Shown here piece after piece: positions 43,867 through 44,108 of a DNA stretch of 44,108 nucleotides (positions are counted from its first letter, which is position 1; the number at the start of each line of letters is the position of its first letter). This DNA comes from Candidatus Saccharibacteria bacterium UBA6575. GTDB lineage: Bacteria > Patescibacteriota > Saccharimonadia > Saccharimonadales > Saccharimonadaceae. The stretch is taken from the NCBI GenBank assembly GCA_002434005.1, contig DJJF01000015.1:1004-45111 (forward strand), read 5' to 3'. The notes under the pieces were generated by a model. It searched no databases. It saw nothing but the letters and a program-made list of their open reading frames with translations, and had not been told where the DNA came from. The position numbers were made by a program, and so were the translations under genes.

Positions 43867-43895
43867 AAAAAATCTCCGGTTATCGGAGATTTTTT
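43867..43895. terminator. Bidirectional terminator between convergent genes
   Basis: AAAAAATCTCCGgttatCGGAGATTTTTT. Confidence 0.8.
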
Positions 43896-43911
43896 ACAGG
43901 TGCCTTGTTTG

Positions 43912-44108
43912 TTACTTGGCTGGTTCGGTAACGACCGGGTTCAGCAGGCCTTTTTTCTTCAGCGTGCGGATTGCCTGAGTCGAAAGGACCATAGTGACCT
44001 TTTGACCGTCTACCATGAACGTTTTTTTCTGCAAGTTAGGCTTGAAGACGCGTTTGGTGCGCCGCAAAGAGAAGCTCACGTTGTGGCCGAATTGTTTACC
44101 TTTACCGG
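43912..44108 (-). CDS. rpmB: 50S ribosomal protein L28 (N-terminus beyond the window edge)
   Basis: The minus-strand translation is ..GKGKQFGHNVSFSLRRTKRVFKPNLQKKTFMVDGQKVTMVLSTQAIRTLKKKGLL..PAK*, which matches the L28 core GxNVSHSxxxTKRxFxPNLQ. Confidence 0.8.
   Translation of the reverse strand, partial: GKGKQFGHNVSFSLRRTKRVFKPNLQKKTFMVDGQKVTMVLSTQAIRTLKKKGLLNPVVTEPAK

Noticed and set aside
43754-43978. The 74-aa ORF on the plus strand.
   Set aside because: It runs through the bidirectional terminator at 43867-43895 and overlaps the rpmB coding region on the opposite strand.
1-44108. CRISPR arrays, rRNA genes, IS elements and prophage genes.
   Set aside because: I saw no regularly spaced repeats, no rRNA-like conserved segments, no transposase-like ORFs and no phage structural genes on either strand.

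Overview
The backbone is about 48% GC, gene-dense, and looks like a reduced monoderm genome. I infer Patescibacteria/Saccharibacteria (TM7) from gene content only. GC values here are hand counts on sample 60-nt lines. Core content: a complete secretin-less type IV pilus locus (pilM-N-O, pilB, pilT, pilC, pilin, pilD, four pseudopilin-like genes), housekeeping genes (ychF, xerC/D-like, uppP, ndk, sodA, nrdR, thrS, miaA, partial rpmB), four tRNAs, and several secreted hydrolases (GH16-like, BNR/Asp-box, SGNH lipase). Three things stand out. (1) An AT-richer accessory patch at about 8.6-12.0 kb carries a compact retron-clade reverse transcriptase. Upstream of it lies a roughly 350-nt promoter-driven, hairpin-dense non-coding region with an exact 16-bp direct repeat, then a small RBS-bearing ORF, and a divergent multi-pass membrane protein. 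This is my best candidate for an undescribed RT/ncRNA system. (2) Three unameliorated islands of about 70% GC (1-1767, about 3000-3432, about 12040-12912) have actinobacterial codon usage. Each encodes a signal-peptide or surface protein, and one also carries a sortase. One island is fused in frame behind a backbone-composition promoter and signal peptide. (3) A GC-rich (63-80%), highly structured transcription unit of about 500 nt (36.73-37.22 kb) has a consensus promoter and an intrinsic terminator, and I cannot assign it to a known RNA family. I also see a possible T-box-like attenuator ahead of the thrS operon and an 11-nt duplication of the tRNA-Arg 3' end. I found no rRNA, CRISPR array or transposase.
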